The position numbers were made by a program, and so were the translations under genes. A DNA stretch of 32,905 bases, from contig JANOHV010000104.1 in the NCBI GenBank assembly GCA_031406795.1, forward strand, positions 1-32,905, written 5' to 3'. The notes beneath the pieces are model-generated. The model did not search any database. It was given only the letters and a program-made list of their open reading frames with translations, and was not told the DNA's origin. Of the stretch, positions 8,229-16,849 are shown in pieces (the stretch's first letter is position 1; each line of letters opens with the position of its first letter). The stretch comes from Candidatus Rokuibacteriota bacterium (lineage in GTDB: Bacteria > JAUVQV01 > DATDCY01).

Positions 8229-9284
8229 TCAACCGTAGCTGTGGAGGCCCGAGAGCACGAAGTTCACGCCGATGTAGGTGAAGATCACCGCTGCGAAGCC
8301 GATCACCGAGAGGACCGCAGTGCTTTTGCCGCGCCACCCCGCGGTGAAGCGGGCATGCAGGAAGGCGGCGTAGATCAGCCAGGTGATCAGGGACCAGGTC
8401 TCCTTCGGGTCCCAGCTCCAGTAGGTGCCCCAGGCGTAATTGGCCCAGGCCGCGCCGGTCACGATGCCGAGCGTCAGCAGCGGAAAACCGACCATGATCA
8501 TCTTGTAACTCAGGTCATCGAGGATCCGCAGACCGGGGAACAGGGCGGCCAGGCGCTCGTGGTAGAGCGCGCCGACGTACCAGAACAGCGCGAAGATCCC
8601 GACGGCGGCGATCCAGGAGACGATCTTCACCCCCGAGGAGTGGCTCGCGAACGAGGCCGCGAACAGATGCGGCTGGGCCACGCCCGCGACTTTCTGCACG
8701 AGGAAGTCCAGCATCGTGGCGGCGAACAGCGTGAACATCGTCACCAGGCTCGCCATGCCGACGACATAGAAGGCGTCCTTGCGCTTCTCCGCCGAGAGAA
8801 TCAGGTAGAGGATGCTGACCCCGAAGGATATCGTGAAGGCGGCATAGCCGAGAAAGCTGGTGATGACGTGCACGGTGAGCCAGTTGCTCTGGAGCGCCGG
8901 CACGAGCGGCTCGATCTCCTGCGAGATGTTCGGCGCGATGGAGATCGACGCAATCGCCAGGAAGCCCAGCGGCGCGGCGACGACGCCGAGCGCCCGATTG
9001 CGGTAGACCCGTTCGAAAATCAGGTAGATCAGGATGATCGACCAGGACCAGAAGACCATCGACTCGTACATGTTGGAGAGCGGGATGTGCCCGAACCCCA
9101 TGGCGTAGGATTCGCGCCAGCGCAGACCGATGGCCGCGGTCTGCACCAGAAACCCGACGACGGTCACCAGGGTCGCCGCCAGGCCGACCTTTTCGTTGCG
9201 GAAGGCCAGGTAGACGAAGTACGCCACCGTCGCCACGAGGTACAACACGAGCGATACGTTGAAGACCGCCGAACTGTTCATCAT
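8229..9284 (-). CDS. ccsA: Cytochrome c biogenesis system II heme channel/synthase subunit (ResC/CcsA; named CcsB in some annotation schemes)
   Basis: GHIPLSNMYES, LVPALQSNWLTVHV, WWD motif WGTYWSWDPKETW, C-terminal GLHSYG. Confidence 0.95.
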   Translation of the reverse strand: MMNSSAVFNVSLVLYLVATVAYFVYLAFRNEKVGLAATLVTVVGFLVQTAAIGLRWRESYAMGFGHIPLSNMYESMVFWSWSIILIYLIFERVYRNRALGVVAAPLGFLAIASISIAPNISQEIEPLVPALQSNWLTVHVITSFLGYAAFTISFGVSILYLILSAEKRKDAFYVVGMASLVTMFTLFAATMLDFLVQKVAGVAQPHLFAASFASHSSGVKIVSWIAAVGIFALFWYVGALYHERLAALFPGLRILDDLSYKMIMVGFPLLTLGIVTGAAWANYAWGTYWSWDPKETWSLITWLIYAAFLHARFTAGWRGKSTAVLSVIGFAAVIFTYIGVNFVLSGLHSYG

Positions 9285-9359
9285 TCTCTCCGGGTCCCTG
9301 AATCCAGATGGCCGTTCGTTATTTCTAGCACAAACCCCATGCCCCTGCCAAGGAGCTCG

Positions 9360-10850
9360 CTAGCCGCGGGCCTCACCCACGGCATGGATCGCGTCGCCGA
9401 GACGCTCGAACTCCTCGGTGAAGCGCTCGCGATTCTTGTTGGCGTTGCCCGCGAGCAGCACCTCCGTCTTGCCGCCGACCTCCCGCAGCCGCACCCAGAC
9501 CCGGCGGTGCGAGGAGAAGAAGGCGAACCAGAGCCCGAAGACCATCAGCGTGCAGCCGGCCCAGATCACCCAGACCCCGGGGTCGTAGACGACCTGGAGC
9601 CCCGTGTACTGCAGGCTGCTGAAGTCGACGAGCGTCAGATCGACCGGCAGGCCCGCGACCGTCTTGAGGTCGGGCCGGAGCTTGAAGAGATAGGTCAGCT
9701 TGCTCGTGCCGTCGGGGAGCAGCACCTGAACCGCGGCCACGGGGTTCTTCGCCTGGTTCGAGCGGCTGGTCGGCCGCCCCTGTTCGTCCTGCGCGAAGTC
9801 CGGGAAGATCCGCTGCATCTGCAGCCGCACGCCCGTCCCCGGGACTTCGAGGGTTTCGCTCCCGGTGAAGCTCAGGTCGTGCCCGGCGCCGGTCTTGAGG
9901 TCCACGGCGCGGATGCTCGCCTTGAGCCCGCGCCCGGTGTCGCCGAAGCTCGACTGGTAGAACCAGATCCCGTCGTATTGCAGCGGTGTGTTGACCTCGA
10001 TCCGCACAGCGGGCAACTCCTTGCCCTGGTCGATGACGGTGAGCGTGCTGAAAAAGTCCTTCGGCCGCTGTCCGCCCGGGTAGTAGTCCACCTGGAAGTC
10101 GTCGCAGCGCACCTTGAACGGCAGGGTCGCCATCCGGCTCTCGTCGCCGCGCATCATGATCTGGTCGGAGGTTTCCCCCTCCGTGATCTGCATGTAGGCC
10201 TTGAAGCCGTAAACGCTGCCGAGGAGGCCGCCGACGAAGATCATGATGATGGAAAAGTGCGTCGCATAGATGCCGAGCCGGCTGTAGGCGCCCTTTTGCC
10301 CGAAGAGGTAGAACGCGTCGTCGCGGTCGCTCTCGCGCTTGCCGAAGCCGCCCTTTTTCAGCGCGGCGGCAGCGACCGCGGCGGCCTCCGCCCGCGGCAG
10401 GCGCAGCGAGAGGGTGCGGCGATTGGGGCTGGCCTTGAAGCCGGACTCCTCGAGTTCGACCTTGGGGCGCGCCATGATCCGCCAGGTCTGCGGCAGGCGG
10501 CGCAGAGAACAGACGATCAGGCTGGTGCTGAGCAGGCCGAGCAGCGCATAGAAGTACCAGGTCTGATAGAGATGGAAAAAGCCAATGCGTTCCGAGATGT
10601 CGAATGCCCGCTGCGCGCGGCCCGCGTCGCCGAAGAAATCCTGGAACAGGCGCAGGTTGTCGGCGACTTCCCCGATGTTTTTCTGCTGCAACACGGTGCC
10701 GATGATCGAGATCGACGCGAGGATGATCAGGGTGACGACCGCGACGTGGACCGAGCTGAAGAACGAGAGCAGCGGGTCGTACCACGGCTTCGTGACGACG
10801 GCCGGCGGGGCGTCTGCGGGCGGGGGGGAAGTCTGTTTTTCCTCAACCAC
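9360..10850 (-). CDS. resB: Cytochrome c biogenesis system II protein ResB/Ccs1
   Basis: SIIGTVLQQ, Y.TWYF..LL...SLIVCS, THFS, VNTPL.YDGI.FYQSS, GLQVVYDPG, HRRVWV. Start placed at GTG 10850 behind AAGGAGAG; the ORF track uses 10871. Confidence 0.93.
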   Translation of the reverse strand: MVEEKQTSPPPADAPPAVVTKPWYDPLLSFFSSVHVAVVTLIILASISIIGTVLQQKNIGEVADNLRLFQDFFGDAGRAQRAFDISERIGFFHLYQTWYFYALLGLLSTSLIVCSLRRLPQTWRIMARPKVELEESGFKASPNRRTLSLRLPRAEAAAVAAAALKKGGFGKRESDRDDAFYLFGQKGAYSRLGIYATHFSIIMIFVGGLLGSVYGFKAYMQITEGETSDQIMMRGDESRMATLPFKVRCDDFQVDYYPGGQRPKDFFSTLTVIDQGKELPAVRIEVNTPLQYDGIWFYQSSFGDTGRGLKASIRAVDLKTGAGHDLSFTGSETLEVPGTGVRLQMQRIFPDFAQDEQGRPTSRSNQAKNPVAAVQVLLPDGTSKLTYLFKLRPDLKTVAGLPVDLTLVDFSSLQYTGLQVVYDPGVWVIWAGCTLMVFGLWFAFFSSHRRVWVRLREVGGKTEVLLAGNANKNRERFTEEFERLGDAIHAVGEARG

Positions 10851-10890
10851 GGGGGGGGACTCTCCTTGCATTCACGGTTGCCGTAAAGCA

Positions 10891-10925
10891 GTCACGGCCG
10901 GCCGGACCAGCCGGCCGGCCGTGAC
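10891..10925 (-). terminator. Perfect 15-bp hairpin downstream of cytochrome c3 (partial terminator or mRNA stabiliser)
   Basis: GTCACGGCCGGCCGG-N5-CCGGCCGGCCGTGAC, followed on the minus strand only by a weak TGCTTT tail. Confidence 0.6.
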
Positions 10926-10995
10926 CTCAATTCTTCGCTCGCACCCTGTCCGGTCGTCGCCGACCCTTCAGGTGCGTCGGAGGCGCGGCTGAGGA

Positions 10996-11430
10996 CTACT
11001 CGTCCGCGCCGCCGTGACACTCCTTACACTTCGTCGGAGCCTTGGCGGCCGTAGCCTTGGCATCCGTCTTGTGGCAAGCGATACACCGGCCCGTCTTGGC
11101 GTGGATCATCTCGTAGGTGTTGACCTGCTTGTCCTTGGCCTCGGGACCGTGGCAGTCGAAGCAGAGCTTGGCCGGCTTGCCGCCTTCCTTGAGCTCCTTA
11201 TCCGTGTGGTGACAAACGGTGCAGCCAAGGTCGGCCCCGTGCTTCTTGTGGTTGAATGTGACCGGATTCTTCGCCTTCTTGCCTTCCTTGATCTTCGCCG
11301 CCGGCCACTTGTCGATCGGCTTGTCAATGGTCAGCTTCCCGTCCGGCGTCATGTGATGAGACGCGAAGGCAGCGCCGACCGCGAAGACCGAGAACATCAC
11401 CATCATCCCAACGACAATACTTTTCTTCAT
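10996..11430 (-). CDS. Tetraheme class III cytochrome c3
   Basis: Signal peptide; VTFNHKKH, CTVCHH, CFDCH, CIACH, CKECH; strong RBS GGGAGGAG. Confidence 0.95.
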   Translation of the reverse strand: MKKSIVVGMMVMFSVFAVGAAFASHHMTPDGKLTIDKPIDKWPAAKIKEGKKAKNPVTFNHKKHGADLGCTVCHHTDKELKEGGKPAKLCFDCHGPEAKDKQVNTYEMIHAKTGRCIACHKTDAKATAAKAPTKCKECHGGADE

Positions 11431-11487
11431 TCTTTACTCCTCCCTTTCCGTGTTCAGTAAGGTTTACTTGCTGACAAAAACTTGTAC

Positions 11488-11517
11488 TTCATACACCCGC
11501 GGGCGGCGGGTTGTCAA
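11488..11517 (-). promoter_or_regulatory. Putative sigma70 promoter of the cytochrome cluster
   Basis: TTGACA-N18-TATGAA on the minus strand upstream of cytochrome c3. Confidence 0.4.
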
Positions 11518-11582
11518 CCACCACCGGCGAGGCTGAACCGACAGTGCTTTCCTTTCGACGCGCGATCGTAAATAATCAGCCG

Positions 11583-13511
11583 GTGAAGTCCGCCAAATGG
11601 CTCATTTTCGCGGTATTGCTGATCTTGACCGCGGCCGTGTTCCGCCCGCTTCTCGAGAATGATTTCATCAACTTTGACGACGACCAGTACGTCACCGACA
11701 ACCGCCATGTGCAGCAGGGATTGAAACGGCAGGAATTCGCGTGGGCCTTCACCACGCGCGATGCGGCCAACTGGCACCCCCTGACCTGGCTCTCCCACAT
11801 GCTCGATGTGGAATTATATGGACTGAATCCGCGCGGTCACCACCTGACGAGCCTCCTCCTCCACCTGGCGAACGCCGGCCTCCTTTTTTTCGTTTTCAAC
11901 CGGATGACGGGAGGACTGTGGGCGAGCGCCTTCGTGGCCGCGGTTTTCGCCGTGCACCCCCTGCACGTGGAATCCGTAGCCTGGGTCGCGGAGCGCAAGG
12001 ACCTGCTGTCCGCCTTCTTCTCGCTGCTGACCCTGTGGGCGTATCACCATTACTCCAGTCGCCCCGGGGTTGGCAGATATGTCCCGGTGATCGTTCTTTT
12101 TTCTCTGGGGCTCATGGCTAAACCGATGGTAATCACCCTGCCGCTCGTCTTCCTGCTCCTGGACTACTGGCCCCTCGGGCGCCTGTCCGACGGGCGCGGG
12201 ACGGGAGGCTCCCTGCGACTCTCCACCCTGGCCCAGCGACTCCTGGAGAAAGCCCCCTTGTTTCTGCTCTCGGCGGGATCGGCGGCAATCACGCTTTCGG
12301 CACAGAAGTCGGGCGGAGCCGTCCAGGATGCGGATTTTCCGCTCGCCATCCGTGCTTTCAACGCGCTCGCGAGCTACGCCCACTATCTCTGGAAGATGGT
12401 CTGGCCGCGGAACCTCGCCGTTTTTTATCCGCATCCCGGCAACGACCTGCCGTGGTGGCTTGGCGCAGGCGCCGGGCTCCTTCTGCTCGCGAGTTCGATT
12501 GCGGTCGTGCGGGCGGGACGGCGGCTGCCTTTCCTCCCCGTCGGCTGGTTCTGGTATCTCGCGACCCTCATCCCCGTCATCGGCCTCGTGCAGGTCGGCA
12601 GACAGGGAATGGCGGACCGCTACACGTATCTCCCACTCACCGGCGTCTTCATCATGGTCGCCTGGGGCGCGCCCGCCCTCCTGAGCGGCTGGCGCCGGCG
12701 GGACCGGGCGCTTGCCCTGGCGGCGCTCCTGATCCTGCCGGCCCTCGGGGTCCGCGCGCACCACCAGGCCGCCGCCTGGCGGGACAGCCTGACTCTCTTC
12801 TCGCAGGCACTGCTGGCAACCCGCGACAACTGGCTGGCCGAATACAACGTGGGTCTCCTCCTCGCCGGGCGGGGGAATGCCGCCGGGGCGGTCGCGCATT
12901 ACCGCAGCGCGCTGCGCATCAGGCCCGACTACACCGAGGCCCACATCAACCTCGGCACCCTTCTCGCCGCCGAGCGCAAATTCGAGGAGGCGGCAGGCCA
13001 TTTCAGGGAGGCGATCAGCCGGGATCCGCTGATGTCCAGGCTCGGGGCCAACACGGCATTCGTCAGCCTGGGCAACGTCCTCTTGGAACTTGGCCGGACC
13101 GACGAGGCCGAAGGGATGTATCAGCAAGCACGCCGGGCCGACCCCCGTGATCCGGCGCCCCTCTACTGTCTCGCGCTCCTCGAGACCCGGCGATCGAATC
13201 TCCCGGGGGCCGAGACCCTGTACCGGGAGGCGCTGCGGATGAAACCCGACTACCAGGAGGCCGCGAACAACCTAGCGATCCTCCTGGTGAACCTCAGCAG
13301 AACCGGGGAAGCCGTTGGCACGCTGGGGCGGATCCTCGAGCTGAAGCCCGATTTTGCCCAGGGCCATTTCAACATCGCCACGATCCTCTCCACGCAGGGA
13401 AAGATCGATCTGGCGATCGACCATTATCGTGCGGGGCTCCAGATCGAGCCGGGCAACGGGGAAGCCCGGCTTGCCCTCGAGCGAGCCCTGCGGGCGGTGT
13501 CGCCCCGGTAG
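11583..13511 (+). CDS. TMTC-like GT-C membrane glycosyltransferase with C-terminal TPRs
   Basis: FINFDDDQYV, NWHPLTWLSH, VHPLHVESVAWVAERKD, AKPM, MADRYTYLP, WRDS.TLF, then TPRs. Start uncertain (GTG 11583 or TTG 11511). Confidence 0.88.
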   Translation: MKSAKWLIFAVLLILTAAVFRPLLENDFINFDDDQYVTDNRHVQQGLKRQEFAWAFTTRDAANWHPLTWLSHMLDVELYGLNPRGHHLTSLLLHLANAGLLFFVFNRMTGGLWASAFVAAVFAVHPLHVESVAWVAERKDLLSAFFSLLTLWAYHHYSSRPGVGRYVPVIVLFSLGLMAKPMVITLPLVFLLLDYWPLGRLSDGRGTGGSLRLSTLAQRLLEKAPLFLLSAGSAAITLSAQKSGGAVQDADFPLAIRAFNALASYAHYLWKMVWPRNLAVFYPHPGNDLPWWLGAGAGLLLLASSIAVVRAGRRLPFLPVGWFWYLATLIPVIGLVQVGRQGMADRYTYLPLTGVFIMVAWGAPALLSGWRRRDRALALAALLILPALGVRAHHQAAAWRDSLTLFSQALLATRDNWLAEYNVGLLLAGRGNAAGAVAHYRSALRIRPDYTEAHINLGTLLAAERKFEEAAGHFREAISRDPLMSRLGANTAFVSLGNVLLELGRTDEAEGMYQQARRADPRDPAPLYCLALLETRRSNLPGAETLYREALRMKPDYQEAANNLAILLVNLSRTGEAVGTLGRILELKPDFAQGHFNIATILSTQGKIDLAIDHYRAGLQIEPGNGEARLALERALRAVSPR

Positions 13512-13598
13512 CCGGGAAACGGCGGCAGGCGTAACTGCGGCGCAAGGGGACGGGGTCCGCGATGAAATGCCGCTAAGACCCAAGGAGGGAAGACCGAG

Positions 13599-14075
13599 AT
13601 GAATATCCTGAACTTCCGCGCGTACAGATGGACCGTGGCAGCGGCTCTGGGTGTTGTCGCCATGGCGCCGTCGCAGGCCGGCGCCGATGCCGGCCGGGAC
13701 CGGATGCAGCGGGGGAAGGAAGCATTCGTCTCCCAGTGCCTGAACTGCCACCAGACCGTCGACGAGGCGGCCGGAGGCTATCGCATGCAGCCTGCCTGGC
13801 AGAGGATTGTCGCGGACATGGTCGCCCGGGGGGCGAAGCTCGACGAGGCGCAGCAGGAAGCCGTCGTCGAATACGTCTCCGGCAGGATGCTGATGGTGGC
13901 CAAGTGCTCCTCGTGCCACACCTCCAACCGCCCGCTGACCGCGAGCAAAAGCCTCGAAGAGTGGAAGGGCTCGGTTGAGAACATGGTTCAGAGGATGCCT
14001 CCGAACCTGAGGCCGACCGCAGAGCAAATCGAAAAACTCACCCTTTTTCTCGCGGTGGAGCGCCCCCGCCCGTAG
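13599..14075 (+). CDS. Exported diheme cytochrome c (two tandem small monoheme domains)
   Basis: Signal peptide; CLNCH...W..IV..M and CSSCH...W...V..M repeats; RBS AAGGAGG. Confidence 0.85.
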   Translation: MNILNFRAYRWTVAAALGVVAMAPSQAGADAGRDRMQRGKEAFVSQCLNCHQTVDEAAGGYRMQPAWQRIVADMVARGAKLDEAQQEAVVEYVSGRMLMVAKCSSCHTSNRPLTASKSLEEWKGSVENMVQRMPPNLRPTAEQIEKLTLFLAVERPRP

Positions 14076-14715
14076 GGGTTTCCCCCAGGAGGGGCCGCCA
14101 GGCGCGCGCCGCCACCGCGCCGGCGCGCAGTTGAGTCACCGCCCCCGCATCGTCGATGTCGAGCAGGGTGGAGGCCGGGGAGGGGGGCAGGGATCCCGCG
14201 TCGACAAAAACGTCGACCTCCCCAGCCAGGTGGCGCAGTGCAGCGTCCGGGTCGCCGGTGCCTCCTGCCCCGGCGGTGTTGGCGCTCGTCCCGGTGAGCC
14301 CCCCCCCGGCGGCGCGCACCACCGCGCGGCAAAGCGCAGAACCGGGGACCCGAAGCGCCACCTTCCCGGAGGCCGAGCGGATGCCGGGGGGCAGGTCGGG
14401 GAGCGCCGGGAAGAGCAGCGTCAGCGGCCCGGGCCAGAAGTGCGCCATCAGCGCCCGCCAGGCTGCGGGGACCCCGGCTGCGTAGCGACCGACGAAAGAC
14501 GCGTCGGCGATGATCACGGGCAGCGGCTTGCCGGGATCGCGTCCCTTGAGCCGAAAAACCGCCGCGAGGCCGGCCGGGGAAAAGGGGTCCGCCCCGAGGC
14601 CGTAGAGGGTGTCGGTCGGGAAGAGAATCACGCCGGCTCCTCGTGCGGCGGCGCCGACGGCGGCCTCCTCCTCCGGCGTGAGTTCGTCCCTGCCGGCGCA
14701 ATCGATGATACGCAC
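14038..14715 (-). CDS. tsaC: L-threonylcarbamoyladenylate synthase (YrdC/Sua5/TsaC)
   Basis: FPTDTLYGLGAD, LKGR...KPL, FWPGPLT, ALRVP, TSAN. The 3' end overlaps the convergent diheme gene by 38 nt. Confidence 0.92.
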   Translation of the reverse strand: MRIIDCAGRDELTPEEEAAVGAAARGAGVILFPTDTLYGLGADPFSPAGLAAVFRLKGRDPGKPLPVIIADASFVGRYAAGVPAAWRALMAHFWPGPLTLLFPALPDLPPGIRSASGKVALRVPGSALCRAVVRAAGGGLTGTSANTAGAGGTGDPDAALRHLAGEVDVFVDAGSLPPSPASTLLDIDDAGAVTQLRAGAVAARAWRPLLGETPTGGGAPPREKG

Positions 14716-14728
14716 GGGGGGCCTGACC

Positions 14729-15106
14729 TCAGGAACGGCGGAATCCCCGGCGCGCCCGTGCCGCGAGCTGCACGAGCGAGATGGGCAACCGGCCGAGGCT
14801 CAGGACCCAGAGCAGCGCGACCAGCGAGGAGATGACGACTCCCGCGAGAGCCAGCAGCGGCAGGCCGATGCAGCCGCAGCCGGGGCCGAGTGTGCACCCC
14901 ATGGGACGGACGTTCATCTGTGGGTCCCGGGGCCCCCGGAATCCCGTCCGGTCGACATCGTCCAGGGATTCGAGGACTTCGGGCTCGAGCACTTCGACGT
15001 CCGTCGCAGCGCCGTCGTCGCCTCGCATAAAGGTCGCCGGCATGCCGCAGGACGAGCATTCGGAGGCCGCATCCTGCAGCCGGGAACCGCACCGCGGGCA
15101 GATCAT
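14729..15106 (-). CDS. Small zinc-ribbon membrane protein, function unknown
   Basis: ATG at 15106 behind GAGAGG: MICPRCG...CSSCG, an acidic linker and a C-terminal hydrophobic helix. The upstream ORF extension lies in a repeat. Confidence 0.7.
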   Translation of the reverse strand: MICPRCGSRLQDAASECSSCGMPATFMRGDDGAATDVEVLEPEVLESLDDVDRTGFRGPRDPQMNVRPMGCTLGPGCGCIGLPLLALAGVVISSLVALLWVLSLGRLPISLVQLAARARRGFRRS

Positions 15107-15131
15107 GACACCAGCCTCTCGGGGACAGGCT

Positions 15132-15230
15132 GGGCGAAGGTCTGGCGCGAAGGGGAGGTCTCCAGCAGCGGAGCGAAGCGAGGCCGATGGAGGTCCGCAG
15201 CGACAGGACCCCGCAGCCTGCACGGGACTG
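15132..15230. repeat. 99-bp repeat, inverted partner of 16687-16785
   Basis: Ungapped manual alignment to the reverse complement of 16687-16785 gives 12 mismatches in 99 nt. Confidence 0.9.
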
Positions 15231-15235
15231 CTTCT

Positions 15236-16681
15236 TCAGCGGTCAAGTCTCTCCTGGAGCAGGCGGCGGATCTCGTCCGGGTTGGACCTCCCGCCGCTGG
15301 CGCGCATCATCTGGCCGACGAAGAACTCGAAGAGTTTGACTTTGCCGCCGCGGTAGCCCGCGACCTTGTCGGGGTTCTCGGCGACCACGCGGTCGGCGAG
15401 CGCGGCCAGCTCGCCGCCGCCGCCGGGTGCGGCCGGCCCCTGCGCCTCGATCGCCGCGGCCGCCGTCTTCCCCTCGCGGAACATCGTCTCGAGGGCGCCC
15501 TTGGCCTGCGCGCGCGTGAGCGTTCCCGCTTCGACCGCCGCCAGCAGCGCGGCGAGTTCCGTCGGCGGCACCGGGCAGTCGCGCGCGTCGCGGCCGGCGT
15601 CCCGCAGCAGGCGCAGCAGCTCGCCCATGACCCAGTTGCTGACCGTCTTGGGCTTGGGGAACGCCGCCACCGCGGCCTCGAACCAGCAGGCGAGCGCCGG
15701 GTCCGCCGTCAGGACCCCGGCGTCGTACTCCGGCAGGCCGAGCGACTCGACGTAGCGGCGGCGCCTGGCCTCGGGCAGCTCGGGCATCGCAGCGGCGACG
15801 CGGGCGAGAAAAGCCGCGTCGATCGCCAGCGGCACCAGGTCCGGGTCGGGGAAATACCGGTAGTCGTGCGCCTCCTCCTTGCGCCGCATCGAGTGCGTCG
15901 TCCCCGCCTTCGGGTCGAACAGCCGGGTCTCCTGCACGACGCGGCCGCCCTCGTCGAGGAGCGCCTCCTGGCGCGCGATCTCGTAGTCCAGAGCCTGCTG
16001 GACGTAGCGGAAGGAGTTCATGTTCTTGAGTTCGACCTTCGTCCCGAGCGTTTCGCGCCCGCGGGGGCGCAGCGAGATGTTCGCGTCGCAGCGGTAGCTG
16101 CCCTGCTCCATGTTCCCGTCGCAGACGCCGAGGTGCACGACGATGTCGCGCAGCGCCACGAGGTAGTCGCGCGCCTCCGCGGGCGAGCGCAGCACGGGCT
16201 CGCTGACGATCTCCATCAACGGGACGCCGGCCCGGTTCAGATCGACGAAACTCTGCCGCGGGTCGCCGAGGTTCTCGCCGTGGATGAGCTTGCCCGCGTC
16301 CTCCTCGAGATGGATGCGCGTCAGCGCGATCGTGCGCGCGGCCGCGCCGGCCCCGATCGCGACCCCGCCGCCCGAGCAGACGGGCAGCTCGTACTGGGAG
16401 ATCTGGTAGCCCTTGGGCAGGTCGGGGTAGAAATAGTTCTTGCGCGCGAAGCGGCTGACCGGCGCGATGGCGCACCCGAGCGCGATCCCGGTGCGCACGA
16501 TGCACTCGACGGCCGCGCGGTTGAGCACCGGCAGCACGCCGGGCAGGCCGAGGCAGACGGGGCAGACGTGCGTGTTGGCCGCGGCGCCGAAGTCGGTCGG
16601 GCAGCCGCAGAAGACCTTGGTCTTCGTCGCGAGCTGCGCGTGGACCTCCAGGCCGATGACGACTTCGTAACGGTCAGTCAT
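15236..16681 (-). CDS. gatB: Asp-tRNA(Asn)/Glu-tRNA(Gln) amidotransferase subunit B
   Basis: YEVVIGLEVHAQL, RKNYFYPDLPKGYQISQ, IHLEEDAGK, YRYFPDPDL. Confidence 0.98.
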   Translation of the reverse strand: MTDRYEVVIGLEVHAQLATKTKVFCGCPTDFGAAANTHVCPVCLGLPGVLPVLNRAAVECIVRTGIALGCAIAPVSRFARKNYFYPDLPKGYQISQYELPVCSGGGVAIGAGAAARTIALTRIHLEEDAGKLIHGENLGDPRQSFVDLNRAGVPLMEIVSEPVLRSPAEARDYLVALRDIVVHLGVCDGNMEQGSYRCDANISLRPRGRETLGTKVELKNMNSFRYVQQALDYEIARQEALLDEGGRVVQETRLFDPKAGTTHSMRRKEEAHDYRYFPDPDLVPLAIDAAFLARVAAAMPELPEARRRRYVESLGLPEYDAGVLTADPALACWFEAAVAAFPKPKTVSNWVMGELLRLLRDAGRDARDCPVPPTELAALLAAVEAGTLTRAQAKGALETMFREGKTAAAAIEAQGPAAPGGGGELAALADRVVAENPDKVAGYRGGKVKLFEFFVGQMMRASGGRSNPDEIRRLLQERLDR

Positions 16682-16686
16682 TCAGA

Positions 16687-16785
16687 CGGTCCCGTCCAGG
16701 CTGCGGGGTCCTGTCGCTGCGGACCTCCATGGGCTTCGCCCCGCTCAGCCCCTGGAGACCTCCCCTTCGCGCCACCCCTCCGCCC
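16687..16785. repeat. 99-bp repeat, inverted partner of 15132-15230
   Basis: Reverse complement matches 15132-15230 at 87/99; abuts the gatB start codon. Confidence 0.9.
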
Positions 16786-16849
16786 TCCAAGGCGCAATCA
16801 GCGAACGCCAACACAAGCCCCATTTCCTCCGCGGTCCCGTCACCAGCAT

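Noticed and set aside
8131-9359. Sigma54 -24/-12 promoters in cluster gaps (TTGCA near 8190; TGGCA near 9350)
   Set aside because: GG-N10-GC spacing is not satisfied at either site.
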